From Orbicella franksi (Eukaryota), in the NCBI GenBank assembly GCA_964199315.1, contig OZ116712.1:20832001-20896000 (forward strand): a DNA stretch of 64,000 nt. Reading direction: 5' to 3'. Positions within the stretch are counted from its first letter, which is position 1. The number at the start of each line of letters is the position of its first letter. The notes under the pieces are model-generated. The model was not told where the DNA came from. It was given only the letters and a program-made list of their open reading frames with translations, and did not search any database. Position numbers and translations under genes: made by a program. Below are positions 37,909 to 49,507 of this stretch, piece after piece.

Positions 37909-40900
37909 ATGTCCGCCTTCAGATCCTCCTTTACAATCGAGAGCATTCTTTCGCGGCCGACCCATCAACGATGCATGCCGTATACCATTCCACACCCGTA
38001 CCCAATTATGCCTCTGGCTCCAGGCTATATCGGTACAGTAATATTGTCTCTTTACATTGTGTTTCATCTCAACAGGTAGATAGAATTCCCGGGCTGACTT
38101 TGCGCAGCGCTTACAGCAGACCGACATAAGTCGCTGACTGAGTACTGTGGCAGATTACAGCCAGAGAAAACGGCAGTCCCAACTCACGTGGTGCCGTTTG
38201 TAAGATCATTACATCGTATCAAGGACTTACTTGACGATTTGTTACTCCCCGAATCTCGCTAACACTTTAATTCGCTCTATCCTTCAAACTCTCACACGCG
38301 CAGATTAAGGTTTCAAAAGCTTAGCGAGGTCTCACAACAGATGCTGTGTGTGATACCAACAGAGAACCTAAGTGAAGATAAACAGGTCAAGTCGCCCTAC
38401 TTTGCCTCACTAATTTCACCGTTTGTGCGAATTTATTTTTCAGGATTTCCGCGATTTGGTGATCTTTTGCGCTCTCAGCCGAAGCGCAAGAGACGACATC
38501 GGACGATATTCACAGAAGAGCAACTTGAACTACTTGAGGGCACGTTTCAGAAAACACACTATCCTGACGTTCTCCTCCGAGAAGAACTAGCAATGAAGGT
38601 AGACTTAAGGGAAGAACGTGTCGAGGTGAGACATCATGATTTATTAACTGTTATGCAAGTAGATAAGCCGACATGTGCGTGCTTCAGTTGATGTCTCTAG
38701 TTTATCCTGCACAAACAGAATGTGTTGCTTTTGAATATTATTTCCACTTAATCTTTGACTCTGCCCTTTGAAATGGTAAGGAGTGTATTTTCCGCTATAT
38801 GACAACGATTCCTCTCGTTTATCGAAGTGTTTCATGTCAATGGGGGCAAATTCGCGGAAACGGGCCGTAAAAGCGATTTGTGCCTCTCACCGCTTCTAAC
38901 GGAGGAAACCAAAAAATGGCCCTTGACCAGGTAAACCTCGCGCAACGATTTACACTAATGGCAACAAACTGCTACCAATTTGCTTTAAAAAGAGCAAATA
39001 ATAAAATCGACGGCGCATATCGCCCTTAAAGATGCACTTTTTTTCCAAACAAAAATTCCCGCACACCAGCAAAATCTAAATTTGTTTTTGTATTGTACAA
39101 ACACGTCTCAGCTTACTTGATGCTATTGCTGGTTTCACTAAGGGCACCGCAGTGTAATCGTAATAATTGTGGGGTAAATACGATAGCATATTGCTGTCAA
39201 AACTCAGAAGATTAATGATTTCACTAGAATGCCCTTACAGAACCCTGGCACGTCCAGAATTTTGAGTGACAAGTACATTCCGATGCGTTCAAGCAACGCG
39301 CGGCCCGTCCCAAGATATCGTACCCCATCGTTGAACAATCTTGTGTTTTCAACGCGAAGAGGCTGTTGCAACGTCCGTTATGGTGTTGTGGGGAGAAAGG
39401 GATAGGAACAGGACCAGGTAGTGCTTTTCGTAATCGTGTCAGCTCGCACACCAGCAAGTGATAATATCTCTGGAGTTGTAGCGCCCGAGGTACAGGTACA
39501 AGACACTCTTTGACATGCTGAACTATGAATCTGGTAGCGTTGAACTTAGATTTCATAAATGTCCTTGTTTTTGTTGTCTTAGAAGCATGCTTTTAAAGAC
39601 TTTTCAATGACAAGTCAAACTGATTTTGAAAGAACGGAGTCTTCGACGCCACCTTGGCGCGCCGTTTGCATCCGTTCGTGTTCGTGTTACACCCATTCTC
39701 TGTGGGTTTCTATCAATGTGGAATGATTCTTTTCTTTATATATCTTTCGGTGATTATTTGTCGAGAGTTTTAAAAAATTCAGTTTATTTCGAGGAACAGC
39801 AAGAAGGTTCCACTGGTAAAACACCTCTGAGGTTCGAGATTAACACCGTTTTCACAGTCTGCATGTTGTGTTAACCAGATTTGCACTCGTGGCGACCGTA
39901 AGTCTTGAAGACGTGTGAATTCTCGCGCTTTATAAACCCCAGGCATCGAACGTGTAATTGAATCAAGAAAGTCATACCTAGGTTAAAAAACACCAGAGTA
40001 AACATAGAGAGACTTTTTTAATCAAAGGACCAACAGCTCGTAACTGCGTTTAAAATGGAGGCAAACTTGTAAATTGACGAATTCAAACGGGAATGCAGTG
40101 TTCAGTCTTCCAGTCACTTGCCATGAATTTCCATCTTCCAGTAATATTGTTTCAAGAAGCTAGAATTTTAGGTCTTTTTGTCAAAGTTTGCTATCGTGAT
40201 CAACAGTTTTTTGAAAGTAAAAACAGTTTTAGCAAACGTTCCTAAGGAGAACAGCAGACTCTTCATTTGAGTAGTTTTCCGGCCTTCGAAACAAAACATT
40301 AGCCACAGCTCTCTCGACACCTCTCACTTCTCTTTTTATCTAAAACTTTATCATTCGTCCTAAAAGCGTGGAAAAACGTCTGTCGTTAGGAAGGACATAG
40401 TCTAGTATGTTGTTTTTCGGCTTTGCGAATCAGAAAAGCTTTGAGAATAACCCAGTAAACAATGCTGAATTCCTCACCATAACCTGCATTCACTACGACA
40501 CTACCTACGGACCTCAGCCACCTCTTGCAGGCGATCGAGTGTTTGCGTAAATATCTCGTTCCTCGATGTTTGACATTACAGCGTTGTATATAAGCAGACA
40601 CGTATAAAGCTACGTCTTGTGACTTCCTTTCCTTCAAAAAATGTACAGCACTGGGAAACGGTGAATAAAGCTTTGATCTGGAGGTAAACTTCCATCACTA
40701 AGGGTCAAGATTTCTTCTTCCGAATGTTTGCAGGGGAATCATAGAGACATCCATATTTGTAGATTGGTTGGCATACATTGTTATTAAATTTATCCAGAGT
40801 TAACAACTATTTTAAAGAGTCTATAAGCATTTGTTAACAGCAGCAGAAAAGCTTTAGCCATGTAAACGTCTGCGTTCTTAGTAATTAACTATCACTTGTT

Positions 40901-43900
40901 AGGTTCAGTTGGTTTGCCATTCTAGAATGGGGCGATCGATGTACTAACCATCGAGTCACTCCGCTGTTTACTTCTCGACCATGAGTTGTTATAGTTTTCA
41001 TGCACTTCCATTTAAATTCTTTGGCAAGAAATTCCTGCAGAATGCTGTTTCGGAAACGGATACAAAACACTAGATTCTTCAAGATTTGTGGCTCTCTTCA
41101 GTTCGCATCGTTAGTGAAGGAATCGATTGGTAGGTTCATTATCAAACTTACCGATGTACTAAATGGTCTAGATCGGATTTGGTTTGTGTTCTCGTTCGTT
41201 TGGATTCCTTAAGAGATTTTTAAATTGGAAATTATACAAGCCGATTTTACCAGCTCCCTGTTGTGTATCAGTGAAAGAATCAGTACAGTTCACACCACAT
41301 TAATTATCCACCCACAAACACGGCGCGACATGAAGACAACTGAACACTCGGTTCTCTGGGATATAAAATAAATTGTGGTTTCAAATTCAAGTAAGAAGGA
41401 ACGATATGCTCATTTTAACACTTAGATGCTGGGGTTTAAACGCTTCAGTGTTTCAATGTATTCATTTAGGGGTTATATATAAACGTTCACGCGAGATTTG
41501 ACAGAATAGAGAACGCGACATGAAATGCTTAATCCAAAACGTGCGGCTGGTAGTAAGGGTGATAATGATTTTTTCTAGTTTGTACCAATGCTCTGAGATT
41601 CTAACCATATGTATTAAAATCGCAGGGTTTTTTTTTTGTTGGTTTGTTTCGACAATTTTCAAACAGTATGAAAGAAATTTACGAAGCATTTATAGGGTCT
41701 GTTAACTCGGTTTCTTTAATAGTTAGTGATGTGCACTCCGCAGATTTGCAATTTATCTGAGGAATGTTCGTGTCGTGTTCAACTACAAATGCTCTGAGAT
41801 TCTAACCATATGTATTAAAACCGCAGGGGTTTTTTTTGTTTGTTTCGACAATTTTCATAACGATATGAAAGAAGTTCACGAAGCCTTTATAGGGTCTGTT
41901 AACCTCGGTTTCTTTAATAGTTAGTGATATGCACTTCGCAGATTTGCAATTTATCTGAGGAATGTTTGTGTTGTGTTCACCTTTGTCAAGCTTAAAGTTT
42001 ATGTTCGCTACATTGAGGAACCACTGAAAGGTGCTTGTTGCAGTTTCTTCTAATGTTAATAAAATACGAACAGACCTTGCTCTATACATTTTCGTTTAAA
42101 TTATTTCATTTTCGGTTCTCTCCGGAAAGGACCCCAGATCTTTAAATTGTTTCACGGATGTTTCTATGTTGCAGTTAGATATCTAAGTTACATGCTAACT
42201 ACCTTTTCAACTTGCATTTACAGTTAGACTTTCTCGTTCTCCAAAGTCTTTTTTAATCATTGTTTGCAGTCATTTTGAGCTTGCTTATAAAGGCAATTAA
42301 TTATATCATTTTGTGTTCAACTTTCGTTCAGGTTGGTGATATTTCTTGAATTCTGCGTTCAAACAGATGCTCATTCGATCGGGGTCTGCATCAGAAGACA
42401 CATTTGTTGTCATAATTTTAGCAGCAGTTGCCTTACGGAACAAGCAGGAGACTATTTCAAAATTTAGATACATGAGTTAATTTTCATTTCTTTCATCTAT
42501 TCCACATGATATTCTATAAGGTCTTTGGGAAATAACGATGTTAACACTCAAGTATTACTCAGAAAATGGATTACAGTAAGTGGTCAAATTCCTGACTTTG
42601 CAACCGAGATGAGTCTGACTGACTGACTTGCACTACTGAAACTTAAGCATGACAAACATAATTCGACGCACAGAAAAACGAAACAAAAAAGATAATCAAA
42701 AATTATAGAAAACTGTCTCGACAGCTTGTAATAAATAAACATAGAGCTTCCACAATTTCTCTGGACTCGTACATTTCAAAGGAAAGTTACTGAGTTTTTT
42801 GTTTTCCTTGTAGATGCATTTGTTACCAACTCGGTTACAAGCCAAATGTCTATATAACGAAGAAACATTTCTAGAAAAATTATCATAGTCCAGTTATTTA
42901 TTTCCCAACATCAAAACGTTTTTCGCCCTCTTGTAAGAAGTGTCATGAATAGAGCATTTGTTTGATAATATATAACAAGCTGCAAGAGTGCCAACAGCTA
43001 GTGAGAACTTTTTATAATTTAATTTATGTTTTTTATTATTATTGCATCAATTTATGGCAATGGTAACTTTCAGAAAACGTCATGCTTGGCCTAGAAATAT
43101 GTGTAAAATATTCCAAAGGAGAGACAGAAAATATTTGAATACTGAAGTTTCAGAAAACTTGCTTCCCAAATTTTTTTGCTCAAAATTCCACATTGTCGAA
43201 TATGTGCAAAGAATTTTCACCGCTCAAGTGGATCAGAAAATATTTCATGAGATGGTTTATAACTGATACTTTTTTATCTTTTGCATAATCATTTTGATTC
43301 GGTGATTAGAGGGGTCTTAAAACCCAGCATCAATATTATCCGCTTTCTGTAGTCTTTTCTCGTACCAGTGACCCCAAAATTTCAAATGTAAGTACATAAC
43401 TGCTTGGTTTGCGGTGCATTTAATCCGCTTAAAGGTCTTCCAACATTAGCAGAGGTTTATATTACTAAGGCTTTGCTAGAGTTTACAACACAAAAAGCTA
43501 AATCTGAACTTAAAATTAAAATTTCAAGCTATTATGTTTGTAATTTTGTGTTTACAAATTCCAAAAAAAAAAAAAAAAAATTGAGGGGAAAACCCGGCTA
43601 TATTTATGCCCAGAGATTTATACGAACTGAAGGTAGACAGGACGATCTGCACCGACCAGCGATGGTCATCATAGGAAAAGAAATCGCTCACCAGTTTAGA
43701 ATGACAAAGTTTCATTATCAAGTTATAACCCATTTTTTTTTCCTTTAGGTGTGGTTCAAGAACCGAAGGGCGAAATGGAGAAAACAAAAGAGGGAAAATC
43801 AAGAATCTAAGAAGAAGACTCAAGATTTAACGACAACGAAAACCACTGAAGATTTACGAATACAAAGCTCTCCAGCAAAGGACAAAGGAAACGACAGGGA

Positions 43901-44048
43901 AAATTCGTGTGGCATACATGCACACAAAATCTTGGAGCTATCGAAAGAAGCAAACGTAGTTCAAGAGACTTTCACTGACACATCAAGACTCAACTCAAAA
44001 GGGCGGCCAGTGACATTGCATTCTCCTACAGTGAGCAGCAAAGTTTAG
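37909..44048 (+). CDS. Gsc: Goosecoid homeobox transcription factor (PRD class, K50, N-terminal eh1 motif), 3 exons, 201 aa
   Basis: Exons 37909-38032 ([14 protein letters not shown]..., eh1 motif FTIESIL), 38444-38625 ([48 protein letters not shown]|gt) and 43749-44048 ([16 protein letters not shown]...KV*). The total of 606 nt is in frame. [25 protein letters not shown] and the eh1 motif are diagnostic for Gsc. Confidence 0.96.
41587..41978 (+). repeat. Direct tandem duplication of about 201 bp in Gsc intron 2
   Basis: atgctctgagattctaaccatatgtattaaaa starts at 41588 and 41789. The two copies align through tgaggaatgtt..tgt..tgttca. Confidence 0.93.
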
Positions 44049-45273
44049 ATTTCCTTGTATATATGTAGATAAATACCGTATTCCAAGTCTGACTGTATAT
44101 TATTTGCGAATAGGAATGCAGATTTATTTATTTCGGAATTTCAAATCGGTGTGAATGAGATAACTAAATAAGGAATCATTGTTTTATTATATATCTTAGG
44201 TGTAAAATCGTGTACAAAAAAAAAAATAACGCTGGATTTGAAACTATTCTGCTCTTGTTACTGAATGCAATACATTTTAGTTTGAATCGCTTTGCCTGTT
44301 AACTTTTCTATCGTTAAAGAAAAGGAAACACTTTTTAACAAAAGCAAGTACTTTTTAACATCTTTCCCAACGAATGCGTTTTGTTCAATTGACACATTTC
44401 CTCGAAGTACTGTTATAGTTCATTCTTAAATGTCTTGAATTTTACAGCCCGTCTTTATCCGTAGAAAGCAAGCATATCTAAAGTCATTCAATAAAGAGTG
44501 AAAACACCTGGAACTGTAGTGTCGTTATCAAAAGACTCAAGGACGGGACTGTAAAATAATAATAATGTTAGTGGCCTTGACCGACTGTGCAGTTTGACTG
44601 CTGAAATGTTTCGGGATCCCCTGATCAGCGCCCTTAGCCCGGACTAACCAATCAAATTTCAATGACACCTGACTCCCGCACTACGTCTCTCCCTCTAGAT
44701 GTATATAAATTAGCATAAATAGCTTCAGTAGTGTAGCTTGGGAAAATTGTTTGGACAGCCTGATTTATATGCTAAAGGTAATCTGTTTACCAGCGAGGGA
44801 CTTGCCTCCTCATGGAGGGGAAAAAGGAATTGCTCTGCTAAAACCTGACGATCTACTAGATTTGTCGAATTGTACTTGTTGAATTTAATGGCCTTTCATT
44901 AGGGATTTTAGCATTCGCTATCAGGGACCATGGTTTCCATATGGTGGAGACAAGGTGGCGACTTTGAGTTCCAAATAAAATTAAATTAAGCTCAATTTGA
45001 AGCAGACCCTATTAAGTTAATTATGGCTTGAAAAAAACATTACCATTAGTAGACAGTCAGCTGGTCATGTTTTATTGCAAATCCTCGACATATTTTTGCC
45101 AGGTGCTGATAGGCCACAATCAGGTTTACATCTTCTTATATTGCCTCAGGGAGAAGTTTCGTCTGGTTACGGACCTCCGTGCCATCGCTGAAGTGTCTCC
45201 TCGGTTATTTATGATGCATGCCATACTAGTTTTACCTCAACTGCTCAAAATTTAATCTGCTATTGTTGCTGTT

Positions 45274-45404
45274 CTGCAATGGACTAGCATCCCATCCGGG
45301 GGGGTGGGTGGTGGGAGTAGAAATATTCCAAGTCGCTTCATGCTACAGAAACTGGGATAAGCTCCGGCTCTAGGGACCACTCGCCTGAAACAATCTTTAC
45401 CTTT
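45274..45404 (+). mobile_element. 3' fragment of a probable tRNA-derived SINE
   Basis: atggactagcatcccatcc...gagtagaaat...gtcgcttcatgctacagaaac...taagctccggc...tttaccttt matches the recalled 3' region and tail of anthozoan SINE2 families. No Pol III head is present. Confidence 0.6.
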
Positions 45405-48400
45405 GTATTGCATGATCTCCCTTCTACCTTTCGCTAAGAAAAGCACACTCATACAGTCGATGAGACACCATGCCGAAGGAGTTTCAAAATCTACATATAT
45501 TGCACTATTGTTTACCTCATCCTCAAACACACGAGCTAAAAATAACTCTAACAGGCGTAGTTTAAACACCATGAAGCTGGGATAAGACGCCATAAGAGCT
45601 GATGAAAGCTCAACTAACGACCAATTTCAGAACATTAAAGAAATTATAAATCATCAATTTAGACATTTCGGCTACCATCAGTCTTATTTTTGCAGTTTCT
45701 TGTTCCTAATTGCTAATTGATAAACCATCCTAGGGAAAGAAAGTCGGACATCCATGAAAGTGGTTTTTGTTTTATAACTCAGAGTTCGACTAGAGTATAT
45801 ATGGGTAAAACACTAAGGGGCTCCACTGTCAAGAGGCGCCCATAAATTGCCGGGGTATCAGAGCAGATACCAAGGGGTGCCTACAACGAGTAACCGAGAA
45901 AAGTAATCAGTTTAAATTCAGCCGAATATTGCCTCTGACTGATGATACAATTCCTCAGTTATTAGAACAGACTTAACCAGACTGAAACTTAAACAATACT
46001 TGTCCTTGGCACTAAAAAGGTCAATATACTAAAATTAACTCCGTTCTCTGCTCTATTTTCTTTTAGCTTTTTTTTTGTCCTGGAATGTGTCTATCAAAGA
46101 TTATCCTAAAGTATTGAAATATAATGATTATTCATTGCTCAGGCTCTTGCTGATAGTTTCAAGCTTTCACACGGTTTTATCGTGTTCTTCCTTCTCTGAA
46201 CCTTCATTACGTCTCTGTCTCTTCCTGATTGAAGCATGTAAGATTATAAGCTTAAGTTACCATCTTTATAGCGCCCCTCTCCCAGAAATGAAGCATCGCG
46301 AGGCTTATAGAATCGAACTTACGACCCTTGTGGCACAGAAGTGCAATCACTCCACAGATGATTCACTTTAAATAAACTGCTGAGAAGGATTATCTGACTG
46401 CTGCGAAAAGATTATCGGATTCTTTAATAAAATAGTTTTCCTCTTGCTGTGAAAATCTACAAGTCCTCCAGTAACTTATTCATGGCCATTAACATAATCT
46501 TTGACAAGTCAAGATTAATGATTTGAAATCGTGTATGTAATCACAAGTTACGTGGTACAGATCAAATGCAAAGAAAACATTCTCAGAAGTTTTACTCTCA
46601 AAACCATGGCCTTTTGCTCACGTCTTAAATTATCAGTGATCAACACAGCGAATCCTCATTAATGCGAATCTATTTGCTACATTGATTTGCCGACAATTAC
46701 ACGACCTCTGTGTCTAGATACATAAATATCTCTTTGAATCACCGGCCATCTATGGTCAGGTTAAACTTTATTTCGTCGTTTTAAGCAGCTAATTAGGGGA
46801 ATTATAAAGACAGGTAATACAGGGCAAACTCATTTGGCGCTTTCCCAAGAAGAGTGCAAAGCCCTACAAATTCTTGCCAACAAATTAAGCCTTAAAGGTT
46901 AAGTATAAAAACAATCTCTTGTTTACATACTTTACCCAACAGAGGAAAAGAACTTTGTTTACACTTTTTTCGTATCACGTGAGAGGAGAGCCCAAGTCAG
47001 CACGAAAAAGTGGGAAAGGCCTTAACAACAAACGCAAATGTTTCGTTTCGCTTGAGTTAAAATCCTCTGAAACGATTTTGCAGTCTCGATGAAAGAAAAT
47101 GGTTTTCTTAACCCTCCCCAGAACATATGGTCGACGCATTCGATTCAAGGCCAAAGGTAAAAGTAATCACGTTAACTTGGGCACGCCCTCCAGCTAGTAC
47201 CTGATATCTCTGTTATATGTGTTTTGCTTCGTTTGCCATGGCTTCCATAGATTCGTTTGTTTACTTTTCCAGCCATATTTTGCTGTGATTGAATTTGGGT
47301 TCGTAGATTTATGTTGTGAACAAGAGCGTTAGGCTGTAAATCCAAGCTGTAAAATCAATGAGGGCAGATCAACTTTTGGTTAAAACAGAAATTGAAATAA
47401 TGGGTGGTGTTTAAGCGATATGACATTTATCGGCATCTCGATGATATCACAAGTCCGTGTCAACCAATATTTGCTCTAGTCTCCATTTCCTTCACGTTAA
47501 CGCCAAAAAGCGAGAATGATGTTATGAAAAGGCAGCAAAACACTATATTATTTTTCTGCTTCCGGCAAGGATAAACATGTTTGCATGCATGCTGTAAATG
47601 AATGCTCTACAGTAAACGACATTTCTCACAGGTCAGAAAGGAGGTCTCGGTGTTTTGAGGATGTGGAGAGATTATGGTGGCTTACAACGTGAAAATTACT
47701 TCGTCAGGTCTTCAGAGGGCAGAAGGGCAGAAGGCGCAAGGGGCAAAACATGGACCATCATAGCTTCACACCCAGCTCTTGAACTTTCCTCTACGGGCGC
47801 CAAACAGCCTCCGTTTTGACGAAATCTTCGACTGATAAGACACTCAACCGCTACAGAGAATTAGCATGTCTTAACTGATAGCTATCTCCGGAAGGAGATA
47901 GTTCAGTAAATGTACAAATTGTTTGCTAGGTGGTCCCAGCGATCTGCCATTGCCTACTTACTGAAACGCGTTGAGAAAGGCCCGAAACAAAATAGCTTAA
48001 ATTAAAATTAAATTTCCTTGCAGAATTGACACAGTGGCACGGAAGAGTTCTGGGTAGGCGTACTCGACACATAAACAGAGACACCGCCTTTCGTAACTCC
48101 CGACCGGTTAGGCTTTCACGAAACCAGCCGGTAGTGATGAAAGGCGACTCCATCCTGCAATGCTGTGATTCTCACGAATGTCTAAATACTTTCAACGAGA
48201 AAGTTACGGATATTTTGGGCTCGAATCAAACTAAACTACGGCTGCGTTAAACCTATTTGTAGGGGTTTAACCTGATCTGATGGCACAGTCGAAAGTGTTG
48301 ACTACACATTATTAATACTTGTTAACAAATAGGGTTTAAAGAGGGTTAAGTACAGCATAACTAATGCTGAACTAAAGGTCAAAGCAAAAACAATCTCCAA

Positions 48401-49024
48401 AATTTAACATTTTTACTGCCACATAGAAAACAACCAAAGTACCGGATAAACTGGGTTAGTCACGAAGATCAGATGTAGCTTGCTTCGAAAAAGGAATTTG
48501 TCCTTTTCTTGGGCATTATATTTTTTAGAAATGAAATATCGAAAAGGCGCTAAGAACTGTACAGGCGATGTACGATAATCGTGAAAGTTATCGGTGTAAT
48601 CTTTACCGGAAATGTTTTCTCGCGTGTGGCTTACTGCACGACAGTTTGCGTTCCTGACAAGTAAATTTGTCTTGAAACGACGACATTGATTAATGTTTTC
48701 CGGGAATAAACAAACGCGATAAGGAAAAGAAGGAAAACATCAGGAAAAGATGAATGTTTACCAATGATCTTGCGATATACTCAGTGAGAGAACATGTGTC
48801 ACGAGAAAGTGTAGTCGATGACAGGGTACGGACACTTGTTTTCAAAAGACCTGCTATAAACAATAGCTGTCAAAAAATCTTTTAGGGTGCACTCGAAGAA
48901 ATAACGTTAAAAAACGCTCTCAATTCCGTTTTTAGGCTCGATTTTCCACCGGTCTCTGGAGTCCGGTCTAAAAGTGCGGGCTTCTTTCCTGAACAGCGGC
49001 TGGTGATCGAATTTTAACTGGTAT

Positions 49025-49136
49025 CTTTTAGGGGTCAAATAAAGCTGAGCCACGCCCAAATTGGTCTCCCGTAGGGGTTAAATTCAAATTCTATGACGAG
49101 CATCTCCGACCTTTTCATATGGGAGTACCCCCCCGG
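49025..49136 (-). repeat. Fragment of the poly-G-ended repeat family
   Basis: The reverse complement ccgggggggtactcccatatgaaaagg...gctcgtc...aattt...aacccc aligns with the left end of 25302-25647. Confidence 0.55.
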
Positions 49137-49507
49137 AATAAACAGTAGCCTTAAAAACTGTAACGCTTGTTGCAAGATTCACAGTGTACTATTTCACTTA
49201 CATCATACGTCATAAAAACGTTTTGTAAAATTGCTCTCAATTCAATCAGATTAACATGATTTCGGGGAGACAGGCTCTTTTTTGTCAAGACGCCAAGAGT
49301 GAACCATTTTGTTATCCAATTAATATCTTCCAATCAGAAAAACCATGAACACTCCATTTATGGGCAAGTCACAAAGTCGCCATAAGGTGACGTCATGTTG
49401 CTTAGCAACCAAGTTGACAGCAACCACAGGCAGGGCATATTCTCGGAGGTAAAATGATAGTTATTTCCCCCACCGAAGGGATAACGTTTTACATATCAGA
49501 CTCCTCC

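Noticed and set aside
39224-39556. 110-aa antisense ORF in Gsc intron 2
   Set aside because: No recognisable domain, splice signals or promoter. Within chance expectation for a GC-richer patch.
37612-44663. Identical 14-mer aatcaaatttcaat in the Gsc promoter (37612) and downstream of Gsc (44650)
   Set aside because: AT-rich 14-mer matches are expected many times by chance in 64 kb.
45590-45990. CTGATGA cores (also near 7113 and 34995) as hammerhead ribozymes
   Set aside because: No properly placed stem II and GAAA, so the catalytic core cannot be folded.
47874-47907. Hairpin ctatctcc-GGAA-ggagatag with an extended stem
   Set aside because: Too short for a pre-miRNA. Several stems of this size are expected by chance, and none of the conserved cnidarian miRNAs I recall matches.
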